Source: a virus
Lineage: Duplodnaviria > Heunggongvirae > Uroviricota > Caudoviricetes
Strand: one strand, 5' to 3'
IMG/VR virus record: IMGVR_UViG_3300008262_000022
DNA length: 64,000 nucleotides
Shown: positions 53,418 through 61,691 of the stretch, one piece after another
How positions within the stretch are numbered: position 1 is the stretch's first letter
Layout: the number at the start of each line of letters is the position of its first letter
Translations under genes and position numbers: made by a program
Notes under the pieces: generated by a model
What the model was told of the DNA's origin: nothing
What the model saw: the letters and a program-made list of their open reading frames with translations, nothing else
Databases searched by the model: none

Positions 53418-53888
53418 ATGAATCTACAATTCAAATCTTTAGGTACCCATCAAGTAATTGATGATATTTTTGGTTACATTAAGAACTTACTTAATGAAAA
53501 ACCACAAACAAAACTTTATGTTGGTACCGACTCTCAAAACGGTCGTAGGATGACAACTTACGCTACTGTTATTGTTATGCATATGAATGAAAATGATAGT
53601 GGTAAAGGAGCTCATGTTTTATATAGTAAAGAAACATTACCTAAAATGAAGGATAGGTTCGCTAGACTATGGGGAGAAGTAGAACGTTCAGTTGAAGTGT
53701 CTAACATGTTAAGAGATGGAGGATTATCTATTAAAAATATTGACCTAGACTTCAATGAAGATCCTAAATATAATTCTAATACAGTATTACGTTCAGCAGT
53801 TGGTTATGTTGAAGCATCTGGTTTTATAGCTAGGTGGAAACCTCACAACGCTTTTAGTGTTCGTGTAGCAGATCAAATTTGTAAATAA
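53418..53888 (+). CDS. RNase H-like YkuK/DUF458 family protein
   Basis: YVGTDSQ, RLW.EV..S, DLD.N..P.Y.SN, GYV...GF....KP.A. Confidence 0.7.
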   Translation: MNLQFKSLGTHQVIDDIFGYIKNLLNEKPQTKLYVGTDSQNGRRMTTYATVIVMHMNENDSGKGAHVLYSKETLPKMKDRFARLWGEVERSVEVSNMLRDGGLSIKNIDLDFNEDPKYNSNTVLRSAVGYVEASGFIARWKPHNAFSVRVADQICK

Positions 53889-53921
53889 GCTTGGATGTCC
53901 AAGCTTTTTTTCTTATCTTTA
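53887..53921 (+). promoter_or_regulatory. Overlapping terminator hairpin and promoter
   Basis: aagcttgga-tg-tccaagctt plus a T-tract; CTTG-N20-TATCTTTA. Confidence 0.6.
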
Positions 53922-53925
53922 TATT

Positions 53926-54144
53926 ATGAATCAAGAAAATTATATTTCACTTTACGATCATTTAGGTAAAGCAGCAGGTGCTGAATTAGGTAAACAAGTT
54001 AATGAATATGCTAAAATTAGAAATCAACCTCATAAAGTTAGATATGTAGAACACCCTGGATATAAGGGGTATGTAAATCTATATACTAAAGAATTCTTAC
54101 AAGAATTTTTCCAAACAAAATATCTTTTTACAAATGAAAAATAA
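53926..54144 (+). CDS. Small hypothetical protein
   Basis: 72 aa; SLYDHLGKAAG motif. Confidence 0.6.
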   Translation: MNQENYISLYDHLGKAAGAELGKQVNEYAKIRNQPHKVRYVEHPGYKGYVNLYTKEFLQEFFQTKYLFTNEK

Positions 54145-55045
54145 AAAATATGCAGTCCTAAGTTTAAGTGGAGGAATGGATTCTTCTACTTTATTATTAC
54201 ATTTATTAGCTAACGATTATGAAGTTACCGCTTTATCATTTGATTACGGTCAAAAACATAGAGTAGAGCTAGAACGTGCTACTGAGTTAGTTGAATACAT
54301 TAATGAAAATTCTGAAGTAGTAGTACAAGAATTAGAAGAATTTGATATAACAGAGGAAAAATTCCCTCCAGTTAAACATCAAATCATTAAAATTGATGGT
54401 TTAGGTCAATTACTAAATTCAACATTAGTAGAAGGTGGATCAGATGTTCCTGAAGGACATTACGCTGAAGAAAATATGAAGGATACAGTTGTACCTAATC
54501 GTAACAAAATATTCAGTTCTATTATTCAAGCAGTAGCATTGTCAATTGCGGATAAAAATAATTCTGAGTGTGCTATTGCAATGGGTATTCATGCTGGTGA
54601 TCACGCTATTTACCCAGACTGTAGACAAGAATTTAGAGATGCTGATTTTGAAGCATTTAAGTTAGGTAATTGGGGTAGTGAGTATGTTTATCATTATACA
54701 CCTTATCTTAAGTACGATAAACTATGGATCTTAGAAGACGGTTTAGCATGCTGTAATAAATTAGGTTTAGATTTTGATGAAGTATATAAACGTACTAATA
54801 CAAGTTATAAACCAATTTGGATTGAAAATGAAGATTACAAAAATAAAACCAATTTGGAAACATGGCCATGGAAATCAGGAACATGGTACTCAGATTACAA
54901 ATCAGCATCATCTGTAGAACGTATTGAAGCATTTATTAAACTAGGTGTTCCTGATCCTGTATTATATGCTGACGAAACAGGACCTGTTAGTTGGGAAGTA
55001 GCAAAAGCACACGTAGAAAAAATATTAGCTGAACATTCTAAATGA
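54134..55045 (+). CDS. queC: 7-cyano-7-deazaguanine synthase
   Basis: SGGMDS, FDYGQKH..E, VVPNRN, YPDCR. Confidence 0.9.
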   Translation: MKNKKYAVLSLSGGMDSSTLLLHLLANDYEVTALSFDYGQKHRVELERATELVEYINENSEVVVQELEEFDITEEKFPPVKHQIIKIDGLGQLLNSTLVEGGSDVPEGHYAEENMKDTVVPNRNKIFSSIIQAVALSIADKNNSECAIAMGIHAGDHAIYPDCRQEFRDADFEAFKLGNWGSEYVYHYTPYLKYDKLWILEDGLACCNKLGLDFDEVYKRTNTSYKPIWIENEDYKNKTNLETWPWKSGTWYSDYKSASSVERIEAFIKLGVPDPVLYADETGPVSWEVAKAHVEKILAEHSK

Positions 55046-55590
55046 TAAAACAAACCTATATAGAACCTCATTTAGCACATCTATATGTTAAAGTGCCAGA
55101 TCATCTCTGGCACACTGCTACTCATTACACTAGAGTACCTAGTGTTGATCCTGCTTTCCCATATAGTGAAGAAAAAGATAGGTTTGGATGGTTTGATATA
55201 GTGTATTTATTTGAACCTATAGTAGATCCATCAGGCGCTGTTAGAAAAGAAGAATGGATATATGTGTTGGTAAATAAATCTATGCCTGGTATGGTTAAGA
55301 TAGGTATGACTACTAATACAGTGGAAGAAAGAGCAAAACAAATAAATACAGCTACTGGTGTTCCAACACCTTGGATTCCTGTTTATAAATTTAGATGTTA
55401 TGGTTCTCGATACTTAGAAAAAGAAATACATGAATACTTAACTCAATATAGAGTATCAGGAAATAGAGAGATGTTTGCTATTGATGCAGTAACAGCTCAA
55501 GAGACTATAGAAAAACTAGGTACATATTATTCAAACGCTCTATATGTGGCTAGTGAAGTAGAAAAAGGAAATTTGGAAGGTCAAGACTAA
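55042..55590 (+). CDS. GIY-YIG superfamily T5orf172-like nuclease domain protein
   Basis: YVLVN..MPG.VKIG.T....ERA, LEK.IH..L..YRV...REMF. Confidence 0.75.
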   Translation: MIKQTYIEPHLAHLYVKVPDHLWHTATHYTRVPSVDPAFPYSEEKDRFGWFDIVYLFEPIVDPSGAVRKEEWIYVLVNKSMPGMVKIGMTTNTVEERAKQINTATGVPTPWIPVYKFRCYGSRYLEKEIHEYLTQYRVSGNREMFAIDAVTAQETIEKLGTYYSNALYVASEVEKGNLEGQD

Positions 55591-55603
55591 AATCTTATAT
55601 TTA
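55572..55603 (+). promoter_or_regulatory. Bacteroidota-type promoter
   Basis: TTTG-N20-TATATTTA. Confidence 0.55.
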
Positions 55604-55619
55604 AATAAATAAATAAGTT

Positions 55620-55832
55620 ATGAGTAAATTAAACAAAACAGCTAAACTAGCATTTTACAATGCTCGTAAGCAAGACGGTGACACTCAAAAGTTAGCCGCT
55701 AAAACAGGTTTTACTGCACGTTTTATTAACTACGTTTTACGTGGTGAGAGAAGCGTTAATGACGAATTAGCTAATGCTATGTATAGCATTTCTCGTTCTA
55801 GAAAAACCAACAGTCAAATGGCTAATGCCTAA
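55620..55832 (+). CDS. Small basic putative HTH DNA-binding protein
   Basis: LAAKTGFTARFINYVLRGERSVN resembles an HTH; has its own promoter and terminator. Confidence 0.5.
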   Translation: MSKLNKTAKLAFYNARKQDGDTQKLAAKTGFTARFINYVLRGERSVNDELANAMYSISRSRKTNSQMANA

Positions 55833-55842
55833 GCATTAGTAC

Positions 55843-55875
55843 ACACCTCCTTCACTCTGAGGGAGGTGTTTTTTT
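55843..55875 (+). terminator. Intrinsic terminator
   Basis: acacctcc...ggaggtgt plus T7. Confidence 0.75.
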
Positions 55876-55893
55876 ATTAAAATAATTAAATAT

Positions 55894-56355
55894 ATGAATA
55901 AATTTCAATCAACAAAAATATTCGACGGATTCAGTTGTGTATTCCGTCAATGGAGAGCAGAAGGTACTCATTGTAGATTCTTACATGGTTATGGAGTATC
56001 ATTTAAAGTATGGTTTGAAGGAGAATTAGATGAGAAAAACTGGGTATGGGATTTTGGAGGTATGAAACGTGCTAAAGGAACTATTGATGGTATGAATCCT
56101 AAAGCATGGATGGATTATATGTTTGACCATACAACTATTATAGCCGAAGACGATCCTTATTTAGAAAGTTTTAAATTAATGGAGGAAAATGAGCTTATTC
56201 AACTTCGCATCATTCCAGCAGTAGGAGCAGAGCAGTTCGCAAAATATATCTATGAAAAACTAAATACATTCGTTCAAGAAGAAACTCAAGGACGAGTACA
56301 AGTAAAACGAGTTGAATTTATGGAACATAATAAAAATACAGCTATATATGAGTAA
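55894..56355 (+). CDS. queD: 6-carboxytetrahydropterin synthase
   Basis: C.FLHGY, DFG, FDH, AE, EF.E...N.A.Y. Confidence 0.88.
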   Translation: MNKFQSTKIFDGFSCVFRQWRAEGTHCRFLHGYGVSFKVWFEGELDEKNWVWDFGGMKRAKGTIDGMNPKAWMDYMFDHTTIIAEDDPYLESFKLMEENELIQLRIIPAVGAEQFAKYIYEKLNTFVQEETQGRVQVKRVEFMEHNKNTAIYE

Positions 56356-56587
56356 AATATTAATAACATTAGTACTTGGATCATTATTAGTAAGTTGTGC
56401 TGATCAAACTAATCGTCAAAGACATTTAGAAAAAACATATCCTAAATGTAAAGTAGAACCAGCAACAGGATTAATCCAACATAGTGGATATGATTTTATT
56501 GTAATAGATAGTACAAACCAAATTATAGCGGTAGATTTTTATCCATTTTCAGAAAGTAAAATTAATCACTTAAGAAATATAAGATAA
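56348..56587 (+). CDS. Putative lipoprotein
   Basis: MSKILITLVLGSLLVSC lipobox. Confidence 0.5.
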   Translation: MSKILITLVLGSLLVSCADQTNRQRHLEKTYPKCKVEPATGLIQHSGYDFIVIDSTNQIIAVDFYPFSESKINHLRNIR

Positions 56588-56588
56588 T

Positions 56589-57449
56589 ATGAGCAAAATA
56601 TCAACAGATAAATTATTAATAAGCTCAGATTTCTATTCAGTACAAGGAGAAGGTATCTCATCAGGAGTACCTTCATACTTTGTACGTTTAGGAGTTTGTA
56701 ACTTAACTTGCGGTATGTCTCGTAAGTTTGCTAATCAATTAGCTAAAGATAAGACATTAGAAGATGGTGAAATCTTTGAAGGTGATTTACATAAGGAAGG
56801 TAAAGCAACTTGGACTTGTGATAGTACATCTCAATGGTTATGGAGAGGAGTTGATCAAGACTTCCAATACCTAATTGACCAATGGAAAGAACAAGGTATC
56901 TATGATGATATCAAGAATGGTACTATCCATATTATTTGGACTGGTGGAGAACCTACAATTAAAGGACATCAGGAAGCTATTAGCAATTTTCGAAATTATT
57001 GGTTTCAATGGGAAATGAAACAACTAACTGAGAATGGTTATGTTTCTGATTTTACACCATACGATGAAATAGAAACCAACGGTACAGTGGTAATTGAAGA
57101 TAAATTATGGACATTTCTAGACCAAATCAACTGCTCACCAAAGCTATCTAACTCAGGCATGACTGAGAAGCAACGCATTGTTCCTGCTGCTATTAAACGC
57201 ATAATGGAACATAAAAACTATCAGTTTAAGTTCGTTATTTCAACTGAAGATGATGTTAAGGAAATATTCCGTGACTTCATTGAGCCATTTAACATTCCAC
57301 TAAAGAATGTGGTTTGTATGCCAGGTTTAGATGATGTTGCTAATTTTGAAGAACGTACTCAGTTTGTATTAGAGATGGCTAAGAAATATAAGTTTAGAGG
57401 TTTAACCCGCTTACATATAGCGGCTTGGAATAAAACATTAAATGTATAA
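56589..57449 (+). CDS. queE: 7-carboxy-7-deazaguanine synthase (radical SAM)
   Basis: FYSVQGEG..G.PS.F.R...CNL.C...CDS, TGGEP, IETNG, CSPK, KFV. Confidence 0.87.
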   Translation: MSKISTDKLLISSDFYSVQGEGISSGVPSYFVRLGVCNLTCGMSRKFANQLAKDKTLEDGEIFEGDLHKEGKATWTCDSTSQWLWRGVDQDFQYLIDQWKEQGIYDDIKNGTIHIIWTGGEPTIKGHQEAISNFRNYWFQWEMKQLTENGYVSDFTPYDEIETNGTVVIEDKLWTFLDQINCSPKLSNSGMTEKQRIVPAAIKRIMEHKNYQFKFVISTEDDVKEIFRDFIEPFNIPLKNVVCMPGLDDVANFEERTQFVLEMAKKYKFRGLTRLHIAAWNKTLNV

Positions 57450-57780
57450 AATATTAATAGTATTAGCAGTACTACTAGGTAGTTGCTGCCAACCAAATCA
57501 AAAACGTTTACCTACTAAAGTAGAATACTTACGTATTGGATTTGAAAATGGTAAAGAATCTTATCTGCAAATACAAGGCACAGGTCTATATGAAATAAGA
57601 TATGGCGATGAATTACATATGCAGGTGGTTGAAAACCCAGCACAAGCTTGTGCGGGAAAAGGATCTGATATGATTGCATCAGACGTTAACTTCTTCTCAG
57701 TAGTTTCAGAACACGAGTATAACATTAAACATTTAGGAGTAGAAGCAACACCAGTAACACCAACACCAGAATATCAATAA
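57442..57780 (+). CDS. Putative lipoprotein
   Basis: MYKILIVLAVLLGSC lipobox. Confidence 0.5.
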   Translation: MYKILIVLAVLLGSCCQPNQKRLPTKVEYLRIGFENGKESYLQIQGTGLYEIRYGDELHMQVVENPAQACAGKGSDMIASDVNFFSVVSEHEYNIKHLGVEATPVTPTPEYQ

Positions 57781-57781
57781 T

Positions 57782-58237
57782 ATGCAAGAACTAAATAATT
57801 ATTTAAATGTATTTCAAATCATCATTAGTGATTTGACAGAGTTATCACCATCAACAAAAAATGTTAGATTAGGTGGATCTTTAATCCTTAAATTACACGG
57901 ATTAAAATTTTCAAGATCAATTGGGGATTTAGATGTTATTATTACTAATCCAACTGAAAAACAAAAGGATTATTTAAGAGCGTTAAAGTTCTTTAACTAC
58001 GAAGATGACGGGTATGATAATCAAACTAACTACAAATTTAAAAAGAATGGATTTGTATTAAATATATTGATAGTAGATCCTTATACGTTACCTGTTACAC
58101 CAATGTTTTATTGTTATGAAAATAAATACTATGGTGTGGTATCTGTAGATGAAATTATTGATGCTAAAAAACGATACAAACGTACTAAAGATATCAGTGA
58201 TTTCTTATTATTAAAGAACGAAAATTTTAATATATAA
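57782..58237 (+). CDS. Minimal nucleotidyltransferase-fold protein
   Basis: GGSL.L.LHG....R..GDLDV; R.KD..D. Confidence 0.6.
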   Translation: MQELNNYLNVFQIIISDLTELSPSTKNVRLGGSLILKLHGLKFSRSIGDLDVIITNPTEKQKDYLRALKFFNYEDDGYDNQTNYKFKKNGFVLNILIVDPYTLPVTPMFYCYENKYYGVVSVDEIIDAKKRYKRTKDISDFLLLKNENFNI

Positions 58238-58752
58238 TGAAAATACTATTTAACCAAAGTCATCTCCAAACAGCTGTATCTCATATAGGAGATCAGATCC
58301 ATAATAAACATTATAATGATCCTAATCCTCCTGTAATGATATGTGTGTTAAATGGAGCATTTATGTTTTTTACGGATTTAGTAAAACAAATAGATATCGA
58401 TTGTGAAATCGATTTTATTCAAGCTAGATCATATCAAGGACAGGAACAATTTGATGTTAAAATAATTAAAGATATCACTACGGATATTACAGGTAAAAAT
58501 GTTTATATAGTAGATGATATATTAGACTCAGGAAATACATTAACTAAAATAATAGAATATTTAGGTACACATCATAAACCTCGTTCTATTACTCCTGTAG
58601 TGTTATTTAAAAAACACACTAATAATTGGCCTGTTATGTATGGAATAGAATTGACAGATGAAGCATGGTTATGTGGTTATGGTTTAGATGGAGAGAATGG
58701 TCTTTACAGAAATCGTTCTGTAATATTTGGAAAATCAGAAGAAATAGATTAA
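58237..58752 (+). CDS. Purine phosphoribosyltransferase (HPRT-like)
   Basis: CVLNGAFMF..DL, IVDDILDSGNT, GYGLD...YRN. Confidence 0.85.
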   Translation: MKILFNQSHLQTAVSHIGDQIHNKHYNDPNPPVMICVLNGAFMFFTDLVKQIDIDCEIDFIQARSYQGQEQFDVKIIKDITTDITGKNVYIVDDILDSGNTLTKIIEYLGTHHKPRSITPVVLFKKHTNNWPVMYGIELTDEAWLCGYGLDGENGLYRNRSVIFGKSEEID

Positions 58753-58761
58753 ATTTAAAGT

Positions 58762-59490
58762 ATGGCAGATACAAGAAAAACAGTTGTTGACATTGAAAAA
58801 CTAGAAACAGCAGGCGCTGGTTTTGCTAATGGTATTTCAACGCAATTAGATGCTTTGATTAAAGCAGGAGAACATCGCTCTCTAAACAGTGATGAAAAAA
58901 GTATTATTATTGATCAAGCAACAGAAGCTTATGGTAAGTTTTTAGATGCATTAGGTGTTAATTGGAAAAATGATCCAAACAGTATGGATACTCCAAGACG
59001 TGTAGCTAAAGCATATGTTAATGATTTATGGAAAGGTAGATATGAATTACCATCTGAAATCACAGCATTCCCAAGTGATGGTTACAAAGGTATTATCTTA
59101 GAAAGAGATATTCCGATTGTTAGTATGTGTTCACATCATCATCAAGCAATTTTAGGTAAAGTACATATTGCGTATGTTTCAGGTGCTGAAGGTAAAGTAA
59201 TTGGTTTATCTAAATTAAATCGTATTGCTGAACATTTTGCTCGTAGAGGTGCTATCCAAGAACAATTAACAGTAGCTATTCATAATGCAGTAGATTATAT
59301 CTGTGAAGGTAATCAAGGTGTTATGGTTGTAGTACATTCATTCCACAACTGTGTAAGTTGTCGTGGAGTTAAACATTTTGGTGCTTCAATGGTAACAAGT
59401 GAAGTAAGTGGTGTATTTGCAGACCATACTAAAACGGCTAAAGAAGAAGTAATGGATATGATTAAATTAAATATGGAGGGTTATAGATAA
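58762..59490 (+). CDS. folE: GTP cyclohydrolase I
   Basis: DTP.RVAK, SMCSHH, GLSKL.R, R...QE.LT, H.C...RG. Confidence 0.92.
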   Translation: MADTRKTVVDIEKLETAGAGFANGISTQLDALIKAGEHRSLNSDEKSIIIDQATEAYGKFLDALGVNWKNDPNSMDTPRRVAKAYVNDLWKGRYELPSEITAFPSDGYKGIILERDIPIVSMCSHHHQAILGKVHIAYVSGAEGKVIGLSKLNRIAEHFARRGAIQEQLTVAIHNAVDYICEGNQGVMVVVHSFHNCVSCRGVKHFGASMVTSEVSGVFADHTKTAKEEVMDMIKLNMEGYR

Positions 59491-59491
59491 T

Positions 59492-59992
59492 ATGTTAAAT
59501 GCAGAACAAATAATAGAACAAAACTTACTAAAGCTACAGTATACTCATGGTAAACCAGCACAAGTAGGGTACGATTTATCAATTCAATCCGTACAAAAAG
59601 TAGTATCTGGTGTAAAAATGGGATATGTTTTAAAAGATAAAACTATATTAGCTCACTACGAACCTTTATATCCCACTAAAGTAGATGAATATACTGGTTG
59701 GATATTATATCCGGGTGTATATGATATTACTTTTCATGAAGGATGCAAAATTCCAGCAGATCGTACGGCTTTTATTAAACAGCGTTCATCCTTATATCGT
59801 AATGGTGCAATAATCAATAGCCCTGTATTTGATCCCGGTTTTGAAACAGAACATATGGGTACATTTATGTATGTATACGAAACCATATTTATTGAACAAG
59901 ACGCTCGCGTAGCTCAGATATATTTCCATGAGTCTACATCAACTGACAATCTTTACAACGGTCAGTGGCAAAACGACAAACAGAGACAATAA
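59492..59992 (+). CDS. dCTP deaminase / dUTPase family protein
   Basis: GYDL, RSSL.R.G, .DPGF, R.AQ..F, Y.GQ.Q. Confidence 0.8.
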   Translation: MLNAEQIIEQNLLKLQYTHGKPAQVGYDLSIQSVQKVVSGVKMGYVLKDKTILAHYEPLYPTKVDEYTGWILYPGVYDITFHEGCKIPADRTAFIKQRSSLYRNGAIINSPVFDPGFETEHMGTFMYVYETIFIEQDARVAQIYFHESTSTDNLYNGQWQNDKQRQ

Positions 59993-60011
59993 TAGCCTGT
60001 TAACCATTGAT

Positions 60012-60035
60012 AGCCCCTCAATCGAGGGGCTTTCT
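60012..60035 (+). terminator. Intrinsic terminator
   Basis: agcccctc-aatc-gaggggct-ttct. Confidence 0.65.
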
Positions 60036-60070
60036 TAGTTTACATATTTATATGTAAATAATCATAAATA

Positions 60071-61630
60071 ATGACATACCCTATAACACGACAATTTGGC
60101 CCGAATGCAAAAGGCTCAGAGCTAACCTTTGCAGATATGGATAATAATTTATTATATCTAGATGCAAAAGTAACAGGATCTAACAATTATATTGCATTAT
60201 TCAATGGATCTTCAGCTGTAACTTCAAGTATTATATATCAACTTAATAATAATATTGGTATAGGTACCACTAATCCATTATCTAAATTTGTGGTATCTAA
60301 TAATAATTCTCAAAGTATAGAATTTGATTATTCTGTTGATTTAGGAGGTAATTATATAGAAAGTTTTAATAGAACAACTAATGTTCCTGTAGATTTGATA
60401 TATTATTTAGGAACAGGTAATGCTAGTTACAAATGGTATACTAACGGTTCTCAAAAAATGTCATTAAATAATAATGGTTCTTTGAATATAACAGGTTCTA
60501 TTACTTCAAGTAATGGTCTTTTAGTAAATAACGGAGGAATAACGGTAGGAGGTCAATCTAATTTTGATGGAGGAATAGATTTATTTGAAAGCGTACTTAA
60601 TTTAAGCGGTGAGGGAGGTCTCATTAATATAAATAACGGAGAATTAAGAGTAACAGGTAGTACTAATATAACAGGTTCTTTAAACATTAATGGAAGTTCT
60701 ATTATAACAGGTTCTTTAAATGTAAGTGGAAGTACTATAGTTGTAACGGGTTCATTAAGAATATTTTCACCTGTATCAACACATGAAATTAGAGGAAATA
60801 ACAGTATTAATTTAATATCAACAGGTGGAGCTATAAATCTTACAGCAACTTCTGGAGTAAATATTAACGGAAATTTAAATGGAGGTATTATATATAGTAA
60901 TGATAAAGTAAGAATTGGGAGCTCAGCAACTCCAAGTAGACAACTAGAAATAACAAATAGCGGATCATTAAGTCCTACTATTAGATTTAATAATATAATA
61001 ACCGGAACTATATATGATATATCTAATACAGGTAATTTATTTATAAATAGAGGAGGTAGCAACAGTGGGTTAGTTATAGCATCCGGCTCGGGAGCAGGAG
61101 GAGTAGTATTTACAACATCGTCTATAACACTACAATCAGGAGGGGAAGAAACATACACTACAACTAATTTTGGAGCAGGGGTATATACTATAACATTAAA
61201 TTGGAATGGAGGAGATGATATAACTATATATGATGGAAGTACTACAGGAAGTATAATATGGAATCAAGGATATGCCACCCCTCCAGTAACTTCTTCTACT
61301 GTTGTTACTATAAGTACAGGATTTCTTACTTTTAAAACAGATGGATTTACTCAAAGTGATGTAGATTTAAATCTAATAACAGTTAGTTCACTTGCATCTA
61401 ATATTAGAGTAGGTATAAACAAAGCGTCAGGTAGTGCAATTAATGCTACTGGGTTAGATATAAGTGGTAGTTTATTGGTATCAGGAAGTACTACTATAAC
61501 TGATGTTCTTACTTTACCTCCTGTAAATCCTTTACCATCAGGTAGACCTACTGGTTCATTAGCTGTATCAGGAAGTGGAGCAAATTGTAAAATTTATTTT
61601 TTTAATGGAAGTTGGAATGCATTATTTTAA
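60071..61630 (+). CDS. Gly/Ser/Thr-rich fibre-like structural protein (stand-alone unit)
   Basis: KGSELTFADMDNNL N-terminus, NIGIGTTNP, ITGSL repeats. Confidence 0.6.
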   Translation: MTYPITRQFGPNAKGSELTFADMDNNLLYLDAKVTGSNNYIALFNGSSAVTSSIIYQLNNNIGIGTTNPLSKFVVSNNNSQSIEFDYSVDLGGNYIESFNRTTNVPVDLIYYLGTGNASYKWYTNGSQKMSLNNNGSLNITGSITSSNGLLVNNGGITVGGQSNFDGGIDLFESVLNLSGEGGLININNGELRVTGSTNITGSLNINGSSIITGSLNVSGSTIVVTGSLRIFSPVSTHEIRGNNSINLISTGGAINLTATSGVNINGNLNGGIIYSNDKVRIGSSATPSRQLEITNSGSLSPTIRFNNIITGTIYDISNTGNLFINRGGSNSGLVIASGSGAGGVVFTTSSITLQSGGEETYTTTNFGAGVYTITLNWNGGDDITIYDGSTTGSIIWNQGYATPPVTSSTVVTISTGFLTFKTDGFTQSDVDLNLITVSSLASNIRVGINKASGSAINATGLDISGSLLVSGSTTITDVLTLPPVNPLPSGRPTGSLAVSGSGANCKIYFFNGSWNALF

Positions 61631-61650
61631 CAATTACTAAAATATTTTAG

Positions 61651-61687
61651 AGAGGTTTGGTTTTCCAAACCTCTTTTTTTATCTTTA
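61651..61687 (+). promoter_or_regulatory. Overlapping terminator hairpin and promoter
   Basis: agaggtttgg-tttt-ccaaacctct plus a T-tract; TTTG-N20-TATCTTTA. Confidence 0.65.
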
Positions 61688-61691
61688 CAAC

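Noticed and set aside
1204-61158. Minus-strand ORFs in the track (e.g. 1204, 2591, 9108, 12190, 40328, 60553)
   Set aside because: All lie antisense to long, motif-bearing plus-strand genes and have shadow-like composition.
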